A stretch of DNA of 64,000 nt from Candidatus Dojkabacteria bacterium (lineage in GTDB: Bacteria; Patescibacteriota; Dojkabacteria; B142; WJKM01), in the NCBI GenBank assembly GCA_014729085.1, contig WJKM01000016.1, positions 36,598 to 100,597 of the forward strand, given 5' to 3'. A program made the position numbers and the translations under genes. The notes beneath the pieces are model-generated. The model saw only the letters and a list, made by a program, of their open reading frames with translations, had not been told where the DNA came from and searched no databases. Shown here in pieces: positions 39,768 to 50,556 of the stretch. Numbering within the stretch: position 1 is the stretch's first letter; every line of letters begins with the position of its first letter.

Positions 39768-40964
39768 ATGGAAAATGAACATAAATTAAAAAGAAATATT
39801 AAATTATTCTATATATCCTCCTTTTTTAATAAGTTTATAATTTGGATTCCATTTTTAGTACTATTTGCTACTGAAGAAGTTGGGCTTAGTTATACTCAGT
39901 ACATGGCAACAGAGATAATTTTTAATATATGTGTGTTGTTTCTAGAAGTACCGACAGGTGTAGTATCCGATTTAATTTCAAGAAAATTATCTTGGATACT
40001 TGGAAATGCATTTTTATTTTTCGGCGCTTTCCTTATGATATTTTTTAATAGTTTTTGGATTCTGTTGATTTCGCAAATCTTATGGGCATTTTACAAATCT
40101 TTTCATTCGGGATCCAACCAGGCATTAGTCTATGATTCATTAAAAATAATGGGCGAAGAAAAGAAATATACCAAAATACTATCCAATAAGAATGCAATAG
40201 TTAGTCTCTCAATTCTAATTTCCTCGTTACTTGCTGGTTTTCTCGTAACTTTCATGAATATTAGGGAACTCTTTTTTATATATCCTGTATTTGTTTTCTT
40301 TTCATTTATATCGTCATTATTTTTACAAGAGCCGGTTAGAAAAACCGAAGAGCAAGAAAGAAAGTTTTTCCTACAAGTAAAAAATTCTTTACTCTTATTA
40401 AAGAATAAAACTGAACTTATTCCGTTAGTTTTCTTTATGGCATTAGTACCTGCATTCACTAAGTCTATATTCTGGCTAGCAACCCCATTACTTATTCGTC
40501 TAAATATTCCTGAAGCGTATTGGGGAAATGTTCATGCATTGAATAGGGCTGTTGGTATTATTATTTTAATGCAGGTTCCAATAGTTATTTCTAGATTTGG
40601 TTCTAAGAAAAGTTTATTAGTAAGTTTACTAATTATGTGTTTGGGAAGTTTGATGTTATATTTGCAAATTCCAGTTTGGGCTATTATGGGGTTTGTTATG
40701 ATTATTAATACTAGATTTGTTGTATCTATTTTTGCGGATAATGAGCTGAATCAATATCTGCCGTCGGGGAAAAGAGCAACAATACTTTCTTTGGTAAGTG
40801 TTATTTCAAATTTTGTATTTCCCATTGGAGCGTTGATATCTACTTACATTTTTGATAATAGTACATATGAATTATCTCTCACTTCAATAATTTTGATATT
40901 TATCTTACCAATTATAATTTTTGCAAGGTACGTGATAAAGATTACGCAAAATGAGAAGTTTTAA
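39768..40964 (+). CDS. MFS-type transporter
   Basis: The 398-aa product has 12 predicted TM segments and a typical MFS loop pattern. Confidence 0.6.
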   Translation: MENEHKLKRNIKLFYISSFFNKFIIWIPFLVLFATEEVGLSYTQYMATEIIFNICVLFLEVPTGVVSDLISRKLSWILGNAFLFFGAFLMIFFNSFWILLISQILWAFYKSFHSGSNQALVYDSLKIMGEEKKYTKILSNKNAIVSLSILISSLLAGFLVTFMNIRELFFIYPVFVFFSFISSLFLQEPVRKTEEQERKFFLQVKNSLLLLKNKTELIPLVFFMALVPAFTKSIFWLATPLLIRLNIPEAYWGNVHALNRAVGIIILMQVPIVISRFGSKKSLLVSLLIMCLGSLMLYLQIPVWAIMGFVMIINTRFVVSIFADNELNQYLPSGKRATILSLVSVISNFVFPIGALISTYIFDNSTYELSLTSIILIFILPIIIFARYVIKITQNEKF

Positions 40965-41053
40965 TGCATAAATTAAGTATATCTTGTTGTAATCTTGCAA
41001 TAGACATATTATTATTATTTTAGTTCTATTTAAATTTTTATATTAAATATATT

Positions 41054-42070
41054 ATGGCAGTTAAATTTGCTATAAATGGTTTTGGTCGTATTGGACGTAT
41101 GGTCTTTAGACGATTATTTGAAAAAAACATGCTTGATGGACAAGTTGAGCTAGTAGCAATAAATGATTTGGTTCCTGCAAAGAATTTAGCATATTTACTA
41201 AAGTACGATAGTGTTCATGATGTATGGGAAAAAGATGTAAAAGCTCTTTCTGATGAGCTCATAAAGGTAGATGGAATGGAGCTTAAAACTCTATCCATGA
41301 AAGTTGGACCGGAAGATTTGCCTTGGGAAGAATTAGGTGTAGATGTGGTCTTAGAATCTACTGGGCTTTTTGCTAAAAAGAAAAAATACGAAGGGCATCT
41401 TAAAGCAGGAGCTGGAAAGGTCCTTATATCTGCTCCAAGCGATCCAGAGACAAAAACAATTGTTATGGGAGTTAATGATGACTCATATGAGGGAGATAAA
41501 GTTGTATCAAATGCAAGTTGTACGACAAACTGTCTTGCTCCATTAGTTCATGTGTTATTAAAAGAAGGTATTGGACTGGAAGAGGGGATTATGTCAACGA
41601 TACATAGTTATACTGTTTCTCAGGGGATTTTGGATGGTCCTTCTAAAAAGGATTTCAGACGAGGCAGAGCAGCTGCTGAAAATATAGTTCCTACAACAAC
41701 CGGAGCAGCAAAAGCAGTGGGGCTTGTTATTCCTGAAGTTCAGGGTAAACTTACTGGAATGGCTTATAGGGTACCGACTCCAGATGGGTCAATTGTAGAT
41801 CTAACAGTTAGAACTGAAAAGGAAACTTCATTAGATGAGATAAATGGATTGATGAAAAAAGCAAGTGAAACATATTTAAATGGATATCTGGAATATACAG
41901 AAGAACCACTTGTCTCAAGAGACATTGTGCATAATTCTCACTCATGTATCTATGATGCAAATGGCGGAATTGAATTAAACTCAAAATTTTTCAAATTACT
42001 TGGATGGTATGACAATGAATGGGGCTATTCCTGCAGAATTGTTGATTTATTGGAAAAGATGATTTCTTAA
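41054..42070 (+). CDS. gap: glyceraldehyde-3-phosphate dehydrogenase (type I)
   Basis: NGFGRIGR is the NAD site and SCTTNCLAP holds the catalytic Cys. The length is 338 aa. Confidence 0.9.
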   Translation: MAVKFAINGFGRIGRMVFRRLFEKNMLDGQVELVAINDLVPAKNLAYLLKYDSVHDVWEKDVKALSDELIKVDGMELKTLSMKVGPEDLPWEELGVDVVLESTGLFAKKKKYEGHLKAGAGKVLISAPSDPETKTIVMGVNDDSYEGDKVVSNASCTTNCLAPLVHVLLKEGIGLEEGIMSTIHSYTVSQGILDGPSKKDFRRGRAAAENIVPTTTGAAKAVGLVIPEVQGKLTGMAYRVPTPDGSIVDLTVRTEKETSLDEINGLMKKASETYLNGYLEYTEEPLVSRDIVHNSHSCIYDANGGIELNSKFFKLLGWYDNEWGYSCRIVDLLEKMIS

Positions 42071-42180
42071 TCGATGTAATAAATTTGTAATTTCTTCCTT
42101 AGATGAGGGGATAAAATCAATAATTATAAATATTCCCTTCCTAATATAGGAGGGGAATTTAACATATTAACAAAGACAAA

Positions 42181-43404
42181 ATGTATAAACGTGAAAATCT
42201 GGATAATTTACTAAACAAAGCTAATTATCAAAACGCTGATTTATCAAATTCGAAAGTATTGGTTAGAGCTTGCCTTAATGTGAAAATAAAAGATGGAGTA
42301 ATTAAGGACAGGACAAGGCTTGATTCAGCTTTACCATTAATAAAAGAATTAGCAGAGAAATCCAAAAGAGTTGTAATAATGGCCCATCTTGGAAGACCCG
42401 AAGGGAGAGATTCCAAATTTAGTTTTGAGCTTGTTAGAAAAGCAATGGAGGATAATTTAGGTGAACAAGTAACAATGCTTGAGTATTTAGATGATGATAT
42501 AAATAAGTTAAGTGAAGACTACCAGAAAGATAGAAGAGTTTTTTTACTCGAAAACATTAGATTCTTTGAGGGAGAGCAATCCAAAGACGAAGAAGAAAGA
42601 AATGAGTTTTCCAGAAAACTTTCTGGTTTAGGAGAAGTTTTTATTAATGATGCTTTTCCAGATTACAGGCCTGCTCCATCCACTGTTGGTGTAGTTGAAT
42701 ACTTACCTTCTTATATTGGTCCTGCATTTATGAATGATGTTAAAGCTTTATCGAAGTTTGGTGATCCCGAACGGCCATATATCGCAGTGGTAGGTGGCTC
42801 AAAGCTTTCTGAAAAAGTTGATGTAATTGATTCTCTTGTTGAATACACAGATAAGGTTTTAGTTGGAGGGGCATTGGTTTATACATTATTAAAATCTATT
42901 GGTATTGAAGTTGGGAACTCATTAATAGAAGAAGATAAACTTCATATTGCAGAAGAGATTATGCGAGAGCATAAGGATAAAATTTTACTTCCAGTAGATC
43001 ACGTGGTAGTTGAAGAATTTGAAGAACCAGAAGATGAATCTGGATACAAAATCATTGATGATCAAGCTATTCCTGAAGATAAAACAGCCGTTGATATCGG
43101 ACCTCAGACACTTAAGATTTATAAGGAGAAAATTCGTCAAGCAAAATCAGTAATGTGGAATGGCCCTATGGGTGTTTTTGAATGGAAAATTGCAGGGAGG
43201 GGTACTCAAGAAATAGGTAGAACTATTGCAAAAAATAAAGAAGCTTTCACGCTTATTGGAGGGGGAGATTGTATTGCTTCAGTTCATAAATATGGTATTG
43301 AAGGATTTGATTATATTTCCAATGGAGGAGGAGCTATGCTTTCATTCTTTTCCTATGATGATTTTGAAATTTTAGACGTAATTCTGGATAAGTTTGAGAA
43401 GTAA
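42181..43404 (+). CDS. pgk: phosphoglycerate kinase
   Basis: It contains VLVRACLNV, MAHLGRP and GGGA..., and the length is 407 aa. Confidence 0.9.
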   Translation: MYKRENLDNLLNKANYQNADLSNSKVLVRACLNVKIKDGVIKDRTRLDSALPLIKELAEKSKRVVIMAHLGRPEGRDSKFSFELVRKAMEDNLGEQVTMLEYLDDDINKLSEDYQKDRRVFLLENIRFFEGEQSKDEEERNEFSRKLSGLGEVFINDAFPDYRPAPSTVGVVEYLPSYIGPAFMNDVKALSKFGDPERPYIAVVGGSKLSEKVDVIDSLVEYTDKVLVGGALVYTLLKSIGIEVGNSLIEEDKLHIAEEIMREHKDKILLPVDHVVVEEFEEPEDESGYKIIDDQAIPEDKTAVDIGPQTLKIYKEKIRQAKSVMWNGPMGVFEWKIAGRGTQEIGRTIAKNKEAFTLIGGGDCIASVHKYGIEGFDYISNGGGAMLSFFSYDDFEILDVILDKFEK

Positions 43405-43443
43405 ACAATTTAAATATTGGGGGCTGAGGGGTTATTATAACCG

Positions 43444-44544
43444 TTAGTCCCCAAAACAAACTCCAATACTTCTTGCAACCCGGACAATTTCAGAGTCTGG
43501 ATCGACCATTTTTAAACCACTGACTGCTTCCCTTATATCCACCATTTTTATTTCACCTCCTCTAAGACAGACCATTTTTCCAAAGTTTTGATTATGAACA
43601 GCATTCATAGCCGCTACTCCATATCTGTAAGAAAGAATTCGATCTTCTGCGTTTGGCATTCCGCCTCTTTGTAAATGTCCTAATACTAAGGTTCTCATCT
43701 CAAATTCATTAGGTGCAATTTGTTTTATTCTTTCCATAACATAGTCAGCTATTCCACCTAAATGGACTTCCTGAGTTCCGCCTATATTATCAGTTGCAAG
43801 TTTTTCCATATCTTTTTCTTTTGCACCTTCTGCAACGGCAATAACAGTCGATCTTTCCCCAATTTCAACTCTGGATCTTAGGAAATTCACAATATTTTCA
43901 ACTTTGAAAGGAATTTCAGGAATAAGAATTACTTTTGAACCTCCACCTAATCCGCCATATAATGCAAGCCAACCGGTATATCTTCCCATAACTTCGATTA
44001 TGATAACTCTATCGTGGCTCATAGCAGTAGAATGGATTTTTCCATGGGCTTCGGTAACAATATCAACTGCAGTACTTAGTCCAAAAGTTCTGTCGGTCCC
44101 TCTAAGATCATTATCTATGCTTTTGGGAACAGCTACAATATTAATGCCCATTTCTTCCTGAAGTTGAAGAGCTCCAGCCTGAGTACCATCACCTCCTATT
44201 ACTATCAATGCCTCAATTCCTAGTCGATCAATATTGGATTTAGCTTCTTCAAGTATTTCGGTAGGGATTCTTCTTTCTTCACCAGCTCCCACTTTTGCAG
44301 CAAATCTTCCTTTATTCACTGTTTGCAGAATAGTTCCTCCCAGGTGGCTAATGCCTCTTACTGTATCTAAGTTCATAGGTATATATCTTGCTGGATTTAA
44401 CACACCTTCGAATCCGTATCTAAAACCAATAAATTCATAACCCAAAGAAACACCTGTTTTGACTACTGCACTGAGTACAGCATTCATTCCTGCACAGTCT
44501 CCTCCAGAATTAACTATTCCAATACGTTTGGCTTGTTTTTCCAT
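43444..44544 (-). CDS. pfk: 6-phosphofructokinase (PfkA family; phosphoryl donor not determinable from sequence)
   Basis: It contains GIVNSGGDCAGMNA and GGDGT, and the length is 366 aa. Confidence 0.8.
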   Translation of the reverse strand: MEKQAKRIGIVNSGGDCAGMNAVLSAVVKTGVSLGYEFIGFRYGFEGVLNPARYIPMNLDTVRGISHLGGTILQTVNKGRFAAKVGAGEERRIPTEILEEAKSNIDRLGIEALIVIGGDGTQAGALQLQEEMGINIVAVPKSIDNDLRGTDRTFGLSTAVDIVTEAHGKIHSTAMSHDRVIIIEVMGRYTGWLALYGGLGGGSKVILIPEIPFKVENIVNFLRSRVEIGERSTVIAVAEGAKEKDMEKLATDNIGGTQEVHLGGIADYVMERIKQIAPNEFEMRTLVLGHLQRGGMPNAEDRILSYRYGVAAMNAVHNQNFGKMVCLRGGEIKMVDIREAVSGLKMVDPDSEIVRVARSIGVCFGD

Positions 44545-44564
44545 ATTAAGTAAATTTTATTAAT

Positions 44565-45230
44565 TTATGTTAAATAGGGTGAAATAAATTCGTTTATTTT
44601 TTCTGTTCTATTTTCTGCTTTTGTAAATGCTGATGCAATTAAGAATCCTTTTGCTCCAAGTTCAAGACCTACTTTAATATCTTTGCCTGTGCTTACCCCT
44701 GCTCCGATTAAAGGTAAAGTCTTTCCGGAACAGATTTCAATAAATTCTTTTACTATCTCTGGTTTTTCATTAGAAACAGATCTCCCAGATCCTATGAGCT
44801 CTTTTGGTTCGTAAGCTATTGCATAAGGTTTTGCTTCAAGTAATTTTGAAGCTTCTTTTGTATCTTCGCAGCAGACAACTACTTTGATGCCATTTTCTTG
44901 GATAAATCGTATTTGATTTTTAAGTTCATTGGGTTTTACTCTATGTTCGCTATGATTCAACATTGTGATTTCAACACCTAAGTTTTTTATAGAAGGAACG
45001 GGCGACCATCCAGTTTTACTTCCATCTTCTATTGCGTCGGTATGCTGGCACATTATGTTCAATTCTGGAAAATCAAGGACTGCTCTATTCAAGTCAATCA
45101 TTGCAGGTGCAATGTAAACAATTTCATTAAAATCATCGGTGTTTTTTCTGTTATTGTCTAATTCTTTTAGTACGTCTAATACTTTTTGGCCTGTACACTG
45201 AGGATAAGTTTTAAAGTTTAGTATGATCAT
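44565..45230 (-). CDS. tpiA: triosephosphate isomerase, archaeal-type short form
   Basis: The length is 221 aa. LNFKTY, MLNHSEHR, AYEPKELIGSG, GAGVSTGKD and LIASAFTKA match archaeal TIMs (about 225 aa; compare EPPELIGTG) rather than the ~250-aa bacterial form (AYEPVWAIGTG). Confidence 0.8.
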   Translation of the reverse strand: MIILNFKTYPQCTGQKVLDVLKELDNNRKNTDDFNEIVYIAPAMIDLNRAVLDFPELNIMCQHTDAIEDGSKTGWSPVPSIKNLGVEITMLNHSEHRVKPNELKNQIRFIQENGIKVVVCCEDTKEASKLLEAKPYAIAYEPKELIGSGRSVSNEKPEIVKEFIEICSGKTLPLIGAGVSTGKDIKVGLELGAKGFLIASAFTKAENRTEKINEFISPYLT

Positions 45231-45378
45231 TTGATGCAGGATAAATTAACTAAAATAGTTTGTTCTCTATAATTTATAAGATTGGGCAATTTTTCTCAAG
45301 TAGGGATTATATACTTTTTTAAAATCTATTAATTATACAAATTTTATTAATTTAGTTAATATATTGCTATAAAGATTA

Positions 45379-46839
45379 TTGAGACCAAATAAAATGAGTA
45401 AAATTAACAAACTTTATACAGAAAAACATCTCCAAGCTTCTAATTTATTATTTCAAGATGCGCATATACATTTAGAGGGTGTTTTGTCTTCCGATATAAA
45501 TTTTATCGAAGTTTTTAAAGAAGCTGTCGAATATTCATATCAAAATGATAAGTTTAAAAATCAATTTGAGAAGATTACTAAAAATAAAATCACTGATGTG
45601 GTAGACCGGTATATAAAATCTATGAAAAAAAATGGTGAGAAAAAGACGCTTTCGTTTTTTAATTTCCTAAACAGATTATTTAGTTCTAAAATAATTTTAG
45701 CTAGTGATTACAATATAATACGACAGTACGTAAAGCTAGTATTAGGTGAATACTTTAAAGTGTTTTGGAAAATACGACTTGGTATTACTCCTTCAATTCC
45801 ATTAGAGTTTCCTCACTTGAAAGTTGAAAATTGGAATGCAGCTGTTTTTGAATCAGTTTTATCCTGCATCTATGAGGATGAAAAACGGTCGGCATGTTTA
45901 GTAATTGAGACAAAAAGACAACATTTATCTTCTAAAAAGAACAGTAAATATTATTTTGAGTATAATCTTAAATTGCTTAAAGATTACCATTCGTCCACAA
46001 ATCAAAGATTACGGTTTTCTTTGAGTATTTGTGATGATGCAAGTAAGTATCCTCTTTTTAATAAAAATTTTAGTCGTAATTTTGAAAAGTATATTTTAAA
46101 GGCAAAGCAATTTTCAAATACAAATATTTCGATTCATATGCTCGAATCTTTGCCAAAAATCAAATTTGTAGATAAAAACTTAAAAAAGAAGGTTTCAAAT
46201 AATAAAACCTATGAATTGGATTTTGTATTGGAAATATTAAATAAACATAAGATATTTGGAGTAAATTACATACATATGAGTCATTTATTCTCAGGAATAA
46301 ATCCAAATCCTAAGAAACGAAAAAAAAGCGACGAAGTGAAAATTCAGAAAGGGATTAACTATTTAGAAAAAATTAAACAAAGAGGAGATAGAATAATTGT
46401 ATGTTTATCAAGTAGTGCGTATTTGAATAATCCTTTCTTGCTTGATTATCCTGAGTTCATAAGGTTTATGATAGAGAACGATTTGTGTGTTACGCTAGGA
46501 ACAGATGATCCATATCCTTTTAAAGTGAGAGATATTGGAGAGGAACTTAATAAAGTAGAGAAAAGAATAAAAGAAGGATACCCAAATGGAATAAAGATAA
46601 AGGATGATAAATTTATAGATTCAGATCATTTATCTAAAATTGTAAAACTTCTACTTGGTAGAAATTCTTGGCGATTATGGGATGAAAGAGCCAGGAAATG
46701 GAAATTTCCGGACAAGGATTTTATTCAAAGATTAGAACTTGATTGCAATGTGTTCCAGAAAACACTTTGTTTTGATATTTGTCCTGAGAATGAAGATTTG
46801 ATAAATGGTCAGATAAAAGAAGTGTTTAGGCGTTCTTAG
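45379..46839 (+). CDS. divergent adenosine/AMP-deaminase-like metal-dependent hydrolase
   Basis: DAHIHLEG compares with HxHLDG and VTLGTDDPYPF with SLNTDDP. The middle metal-ligand region is altered. The 486-aa length is well beyond canonical ADA. Confidence 0.45.
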   Translation: MRPNKMSKINKLYTEKHLQASNLLFQDAHIHLEGVLSSDINFIEVFKEAVEYSYQNDKFKNQFEKITKNKITDVVDRYIKSMKKNGEKKTLSFFNFLNRLFSSKIILASDYNIIRQYVKLVLGEYFKVFWKIRLGITPSIPLEFPHLKVENWNAAVFESVLSCIYEDEKRSACLVIETKRQHLSSKKNSKYYFEYNLKLLKDYHSSTNQRLRFSLSICDDASKYPLFNKNFSRNFEKYILKAKQFSNTNISIHMLESLPKIKFVDKNLKKKVSNNKTYELDFVLEILNKHKIFGVNYIHMSHLFSGINPNPKKRKKSDEVKIQKGINYLEKIKQRGDRIIVCLSSSAYLNNPFLLDYPEFIRFMIENDLCVTLGTDDPYPFKVRDIGEELNKVEKRIKEGYPNGIKIKDDKFIDSDHLSKIVKLLLGRNSWRLWDERARKWKFPDKDFIQRLELDCNVFQKTLCFDICPENEDLINGQIKEVFRRS

Positions 46840-46955
46840 AAATAACTGTCTCTAATATTGTATTTCTCTCAGCCGTATAAGCCAGTAATTATCTTGAAAC
46901 ATTGAATATACAAGGCCCATATATTATAATTATATAGTATCTTTAAATATTCAAA

Positions 46956-48368
46956 ATGGAAAAAATAAATCCTCGTAGTACAATTGGTTTTTTAGCATTC
47001 CTAACATCTTTAGGTTGTGTTTCTAGTGGTTTGATTACAGATCAAAGTACACCTATACCCGTACATACTCCCACAGATGAACCAATTATTCCGAATCCTA
47101 CTATTAGAGTTACATCTACACCAAGGCCTACTTCTACACCTTGTGTAGACTGTAAGAACGAGTCTCAATATGACAGAGTTTTGAGTTTATATTCTGATCC
47201 AGATTCACTTCAGCAAATAGCTAATGATGAGATAGTAGTGAATTGGGTTGATTCTTCAGGTTCGTATCCAGATATTAGTGAATATGCTATGTTTGTTTTG
47301 TCTACCACAGATGAGATAGTTGATGAATTAGGTCATTTAGGTATTTCGATTGTACCAGATAATTATCCTGAAGGGGATTCGCGTTTGGATATATATTTAA
47401 ATGCTACACATGCATATGGATATACTGGTACGGATTTTGATGCAATAGAAACAGATGATGTTTCATGTAAATCAAGACCTGCCTGGGTTGCACTAGGCAG
47501 TAAACTCTATGAGGATTATTTGGCTAATGGATCTGAATTAACCGAATTGACTTTAAGACACGAAATATTAACTCATATCCTTGAATATTATTATTTAGGT
47601 ACTACTCCGTTTGAAGAAATAGAGACACTTGATTTCCCATTTCTCGAAAGCGAAGGTTTTGCATATGCGATTGAAGCTGACAATATTATTAGCCAGGGAA
47701 GTAATTTGTCAGATTACGATCAATTTTTTCGTGCTTCAGATAAAATATTTGATTATAACCAAGTCACAAGCCAAGATTCAGAAGCAAGTATGTTCGGCTT
47801 TATTCAATGGGCTTCGGAAATAGTAGGACAGTCTCCATTTGAATTACAGATTGAATTGCTTGAATTACTTTCAGATCAAATATGTCAAACTGATTTGGAG
47901 GGAATTGACTACTCAGAGCAGTGGGTTGAGGATTTAGGAGAGCAGATTTTTGTTCAATATTTGATAGATAATTCAGATATGAGCTTTATGTCAGAAGTTG
48001 ATTCGATGGGAGATTTATACTCTTTATGGCTGCTTGGGCCAGATACAAATAATGTAGATCAGAGATATCTTGGGATTGATTATTATGATCGGTTGGATCC
48101 AGAAATGTTAATCAATATATCGGAATCTGTGACAGAAATATATGCTGATGATTTCGAATACGCTTATGGATATTATACTTTTGGGCAAGTTGGAGAAGAT
48201 GGAACAGTAAGATTTGACTTTGATGAGGATGCCTTGTCTGTTTCCATGATAGACGACGGTGAATTTAGGTTTATTCATGATGACCAGGAAGTGTTGATTT
48301 CTGAGGGAGATAGCCTCTTTATCCTTAATGAAACTAGAGATTTTCAGAGTATTCAAATTACGGATTAG
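46956..48368 (+). CDS. acidic secreted lipoprotein, hypothetical
   Basis: There is a signal peptide with lipobox LTSLGC. The protein is D/E-rich and I recognise no family. Confidence 0.5.
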   Translation: MEKINPRSTIGFLAFLTSLGCVSSGLITDQSTPIPVHTPTDEPIIPNPTIRVTSTPRPTSTPCVDCKNESQYDRVLSLYSDPDSLQQIANDEIVVNWVDSSGSYPDISEYAMFVLSTTDEIVDELGHLGISIVPDNYPEGDSRLDIYLNATHAYGYTGTDFDAIETDDVSCKSRPAWVALGSKLYEDYLANGSELTELTLRHEILTHILEYYYLGTTPFEEIETLDFPFLESEGFAYAIEADNIISQGSNLSDYDQFFRASDKIFDYNQVTSQDSEASMFGFIQWASEIVGQSPFELQIELLELLSDQICQTDLEGIDYSEQWVEDLGEQIFVQYLIDNSDMSFMSEVDSMGDLYSLWLLGPDTNNVDQRYLGIDYYDRLDPEMLINISESVTEIYADDFEYAYGYYTFGQVGEDGTVRFDFDEDALSVSMIDDGEFRFIHDDQEVLISEGDSLFILNETRDFQSIQITD

Positions 48369-48370
48369 CT

Positions 48371-48757
48371 TTATAGCCAACCCTTAATTGTAGAACTTTC
48401 CTGAAATATTTTTTCTTTAGTTTCTAGGATAAATTCAAATTTATAAATATAGTAGGGAATAAAAAAGAACCTTTCTTTATTTATATTAACTTTAATTAGG
48501 CAGTTTTTAATATTGTTTTTGTCAACTTTCCTTGTTTCCATTTCTTTTCGTAACCAGTTATATAGATTATTGAATATTTTTTTTGTTTTTTGATCGAGTT
48601 CTATTTCCGGTTCTATGGTTTGTTCTAAAATGGATAATTCATATTTAATTTCTTTGTCAAGTTTAGAATATATTAAAGCTGTCGGATATCCAGTTGATTT
48701 AGAGACGAAATTATTGAAAATCCCTTTTAGTATTTGTTGCCTTTTCTTTGTTAACAT
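48371..48757 (-). CDS. hypothetical protein
   Basis: It is a 128-aa ORF immediately downstream of the methyltransferase gene. Confidence 0.35.
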   Translation of the reverse strand: MLTKKRQQILKGIFNNFVSKSTGYPTALIYSKLDKEIKYELSILEQTIEPEIELDQKTKKIFNNLYNWLRKEMETRKVDKNNIKNCLIKVNINKERFFFIPYYIYKFEFILETKEKIFQESSTIKGWL

Positions 48758-48762
48758 AATTT

Positions 48763-49386
48763 TTATTTAAAAAATATATCTTCTTGATAAGTTTGATCAC
48801 TGTTTATTAAAAAGTAAGCAATTTTAAAAACTAATTCGTCTTTAATATAAATATTCTCTATTTTACAGTTTCCTAACTTCTCTATAATATGGGTCTTAAA
48901 AGTAGCTGGAATTCTTGCAACAATATTTTTAGTAATACATTTACAGGTTAAATTAAACATTTTTCTAAGACTTGGTTTCGTTGAATCTATATCAGATACA
49001 TGGCTTGATCTGTCCATAACTCTAGTTGACCAACCCGGATCAAGTACAGCCACATCAGCTTTGATTGTTTTTAGGAGTTTAGGATTCAACACATCTCCTT
49101 TAATAAATTCAATATTATTAGCTTTATACAGTCTTGCATTCTTTCTTGCCATTTCTATTCTTTTCTTATTAATATCTATGCCAATGACCTTTTCAAACCT
49201 TTTAGCTAATTGAATACAGGTTGAACCAACACAGCTGCATAGCTCTACTGCGGTATTGAAGTCGCCCAAATCTAGGATTGTATTCGTCATATGTTCGGCT
49301 ACGTACTCAGGGTTGCTAATAAACGAAGAATATTTATCAGTAAAAACATTTTTTGAAAACCTTTTCCGTTTTTTCTTTTTTTGCAT
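48763..49386 (-). CDS. TGS1-like (RNA cap guanine-N2 methyltransferase family, PF09445-like) SAM-dependent methyltransferase, paralog A
   Basis: ELCSCVGSTCIQLA is motif I, VIGIDINKKRIEMARKNARLY follows, and VLDPGWS compares with the TGS1 SPPWGG motif. The length is 207 aa. Confidence 0.5.
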   Translation of the reverse strand: MQKKKKRKRFSKNVFTDKYSSFISNPEYVAEHMTNTILDLGDFNTAVELCSCVGSTCIQLAKRFEKVIGIDINKKRIEMARKNARLYKANNIEFIKGDVLNPKLLKTIKADVAVLDPGWSTRVMDRSSHVSDIDSTKPSLRKMFNLTCKCITKNIVARIPATFKTHIIEKLGNCKIENIYIKDELVFKIAYFLINSDQTYQEDIFFK

Positions 49387-49414
49387 ATGTCACATAATTC
49401 AGGTAATTTTTTAT

Positions 49415-50506
49415 TTAGTCAATATGGATTGCCTTATTATATTCAAGACTTTTAATTATACCCAACCCAATTTTAAGGGAATTTTCAGCATCTGATAAAG
49501 TGAAAGTAGAATCTTTTTTTCCATTCAAACTTTGAATAAATTTTTCCAATCCTTTTACGAATGAATCTCTTATATCAAGATTTAGTTTGTCGTTTATATT
49601 CCATTTGCTGTTTCTTCCCATCCAATGTACCCCCTGCTTAATTTGCGAATCGTGTTCTTTGTTAAACAGGAGGCCATGTCCCCCAAATATTTTAATAATC
49701 CCTGAACGGCCAATTATTTCGATAATTTCATCACAGGGGTAGAAGTTGTTTTCGATTCTAATTTTTATATTAGCTGATTGAAACTTGCCAAGCTTATTAT
49801 TTTTGGTATAGTAATGAATATCGATAGGACTGTCTATTTTTATTCCGGGAATTACTGTATTGTATTTACACCAACCTCGGACTTTAGTTACAGTTTCTCC
49901 TAAAAAATATTCTATTAAACTGTGTTTATGGTATCCATCATCAAAAATAGTAGGATGTTTATGGTTATCTGATTTACTCAGTCTCCATTTATAGGATTGT
50001 AGTCTTCTAAATCCCTTTGCCAAAGAATTTTTTAGACCTCCGTATTTAGTGATATTAACAATTTGTACTTTTCCTATCGTATTATCTTTAATTAGTTGTT
50101 TTGAGAAAGTGTAGGGTTCATAATAACGAAAATTTTCAAAGATTCTAATAACTTGTTCATTTTCTCTAATTAGTTTTTTCATCTTATTGAATTCATCTAG
50201 GTTTACAGTCGGAACTTTTTGTAGATTTATATGTTTATTATGTCTAAGAGCTAAAGTCGTTAGTTCAAGATGTGAGCTGTGAGGGGTAAGGATTTCAACA
50301 AAATCTATAGATTTATTTTTGAGAAGCTTAATAGCATTTTTATATACATTCGGAATGTTATAGTTTTTAGCCAACCTTTTTGCGGCCTTTGGATTGACAT
50401 CACATACAGCATGTAAAGTAACATTCTCAATAAATTTATATGCCCGAGCATGATAATCAGCAATCAATCCGCAACCGATAATGGCACCCTTGTAGATTTT
50501 TTGCAT
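49415..50506 (-). CDS. Gfo/Idh/MocA-family NAD(P)-dependent oxidoreductase
   Basis: The N-terminus IIGCGLIADYHARAY is a Rossmann fold and the protein has the typical two-domain length. Confidence 0.7.
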   Translation of the reverse strand: MQKIYKGAIIGCGLIADYHARAYKFIENVTLHAVCDVNPKAAKRLAKNYNIPNVYKNAIKLLKNKSIDFVEILTPHSSHLELTTLALRHNKHINLQKVPTVNLDEFNKMKKLIRENEQVIRIFENFRYYEPYTFSKQLIKDNTIGKVQIVNITKYGGLKNSLAKGFRRLQSYKWRLSKSDNHKHPTIFDDGYHKHSLIEYFLGETVTKVRGWCKYNTVIPGIKIDSPIDIHYYTKNNKLGKFQSANIKIRIENNFYPCDEIIEIIGRSGIIKIFGGHGLLFNKEHDSQIKQGVHWMGRNSKWNINDKLNLDIRDSFVKGLEKFIQSLNGKKDSTFTLSDAENSLKIGLGIIKSLEYNKAIHID

Positions 50507-50556
50507 ATCCCTTTGATCTTATATTTAGATATTTGAGGCTAGTGACAAATAAATAT

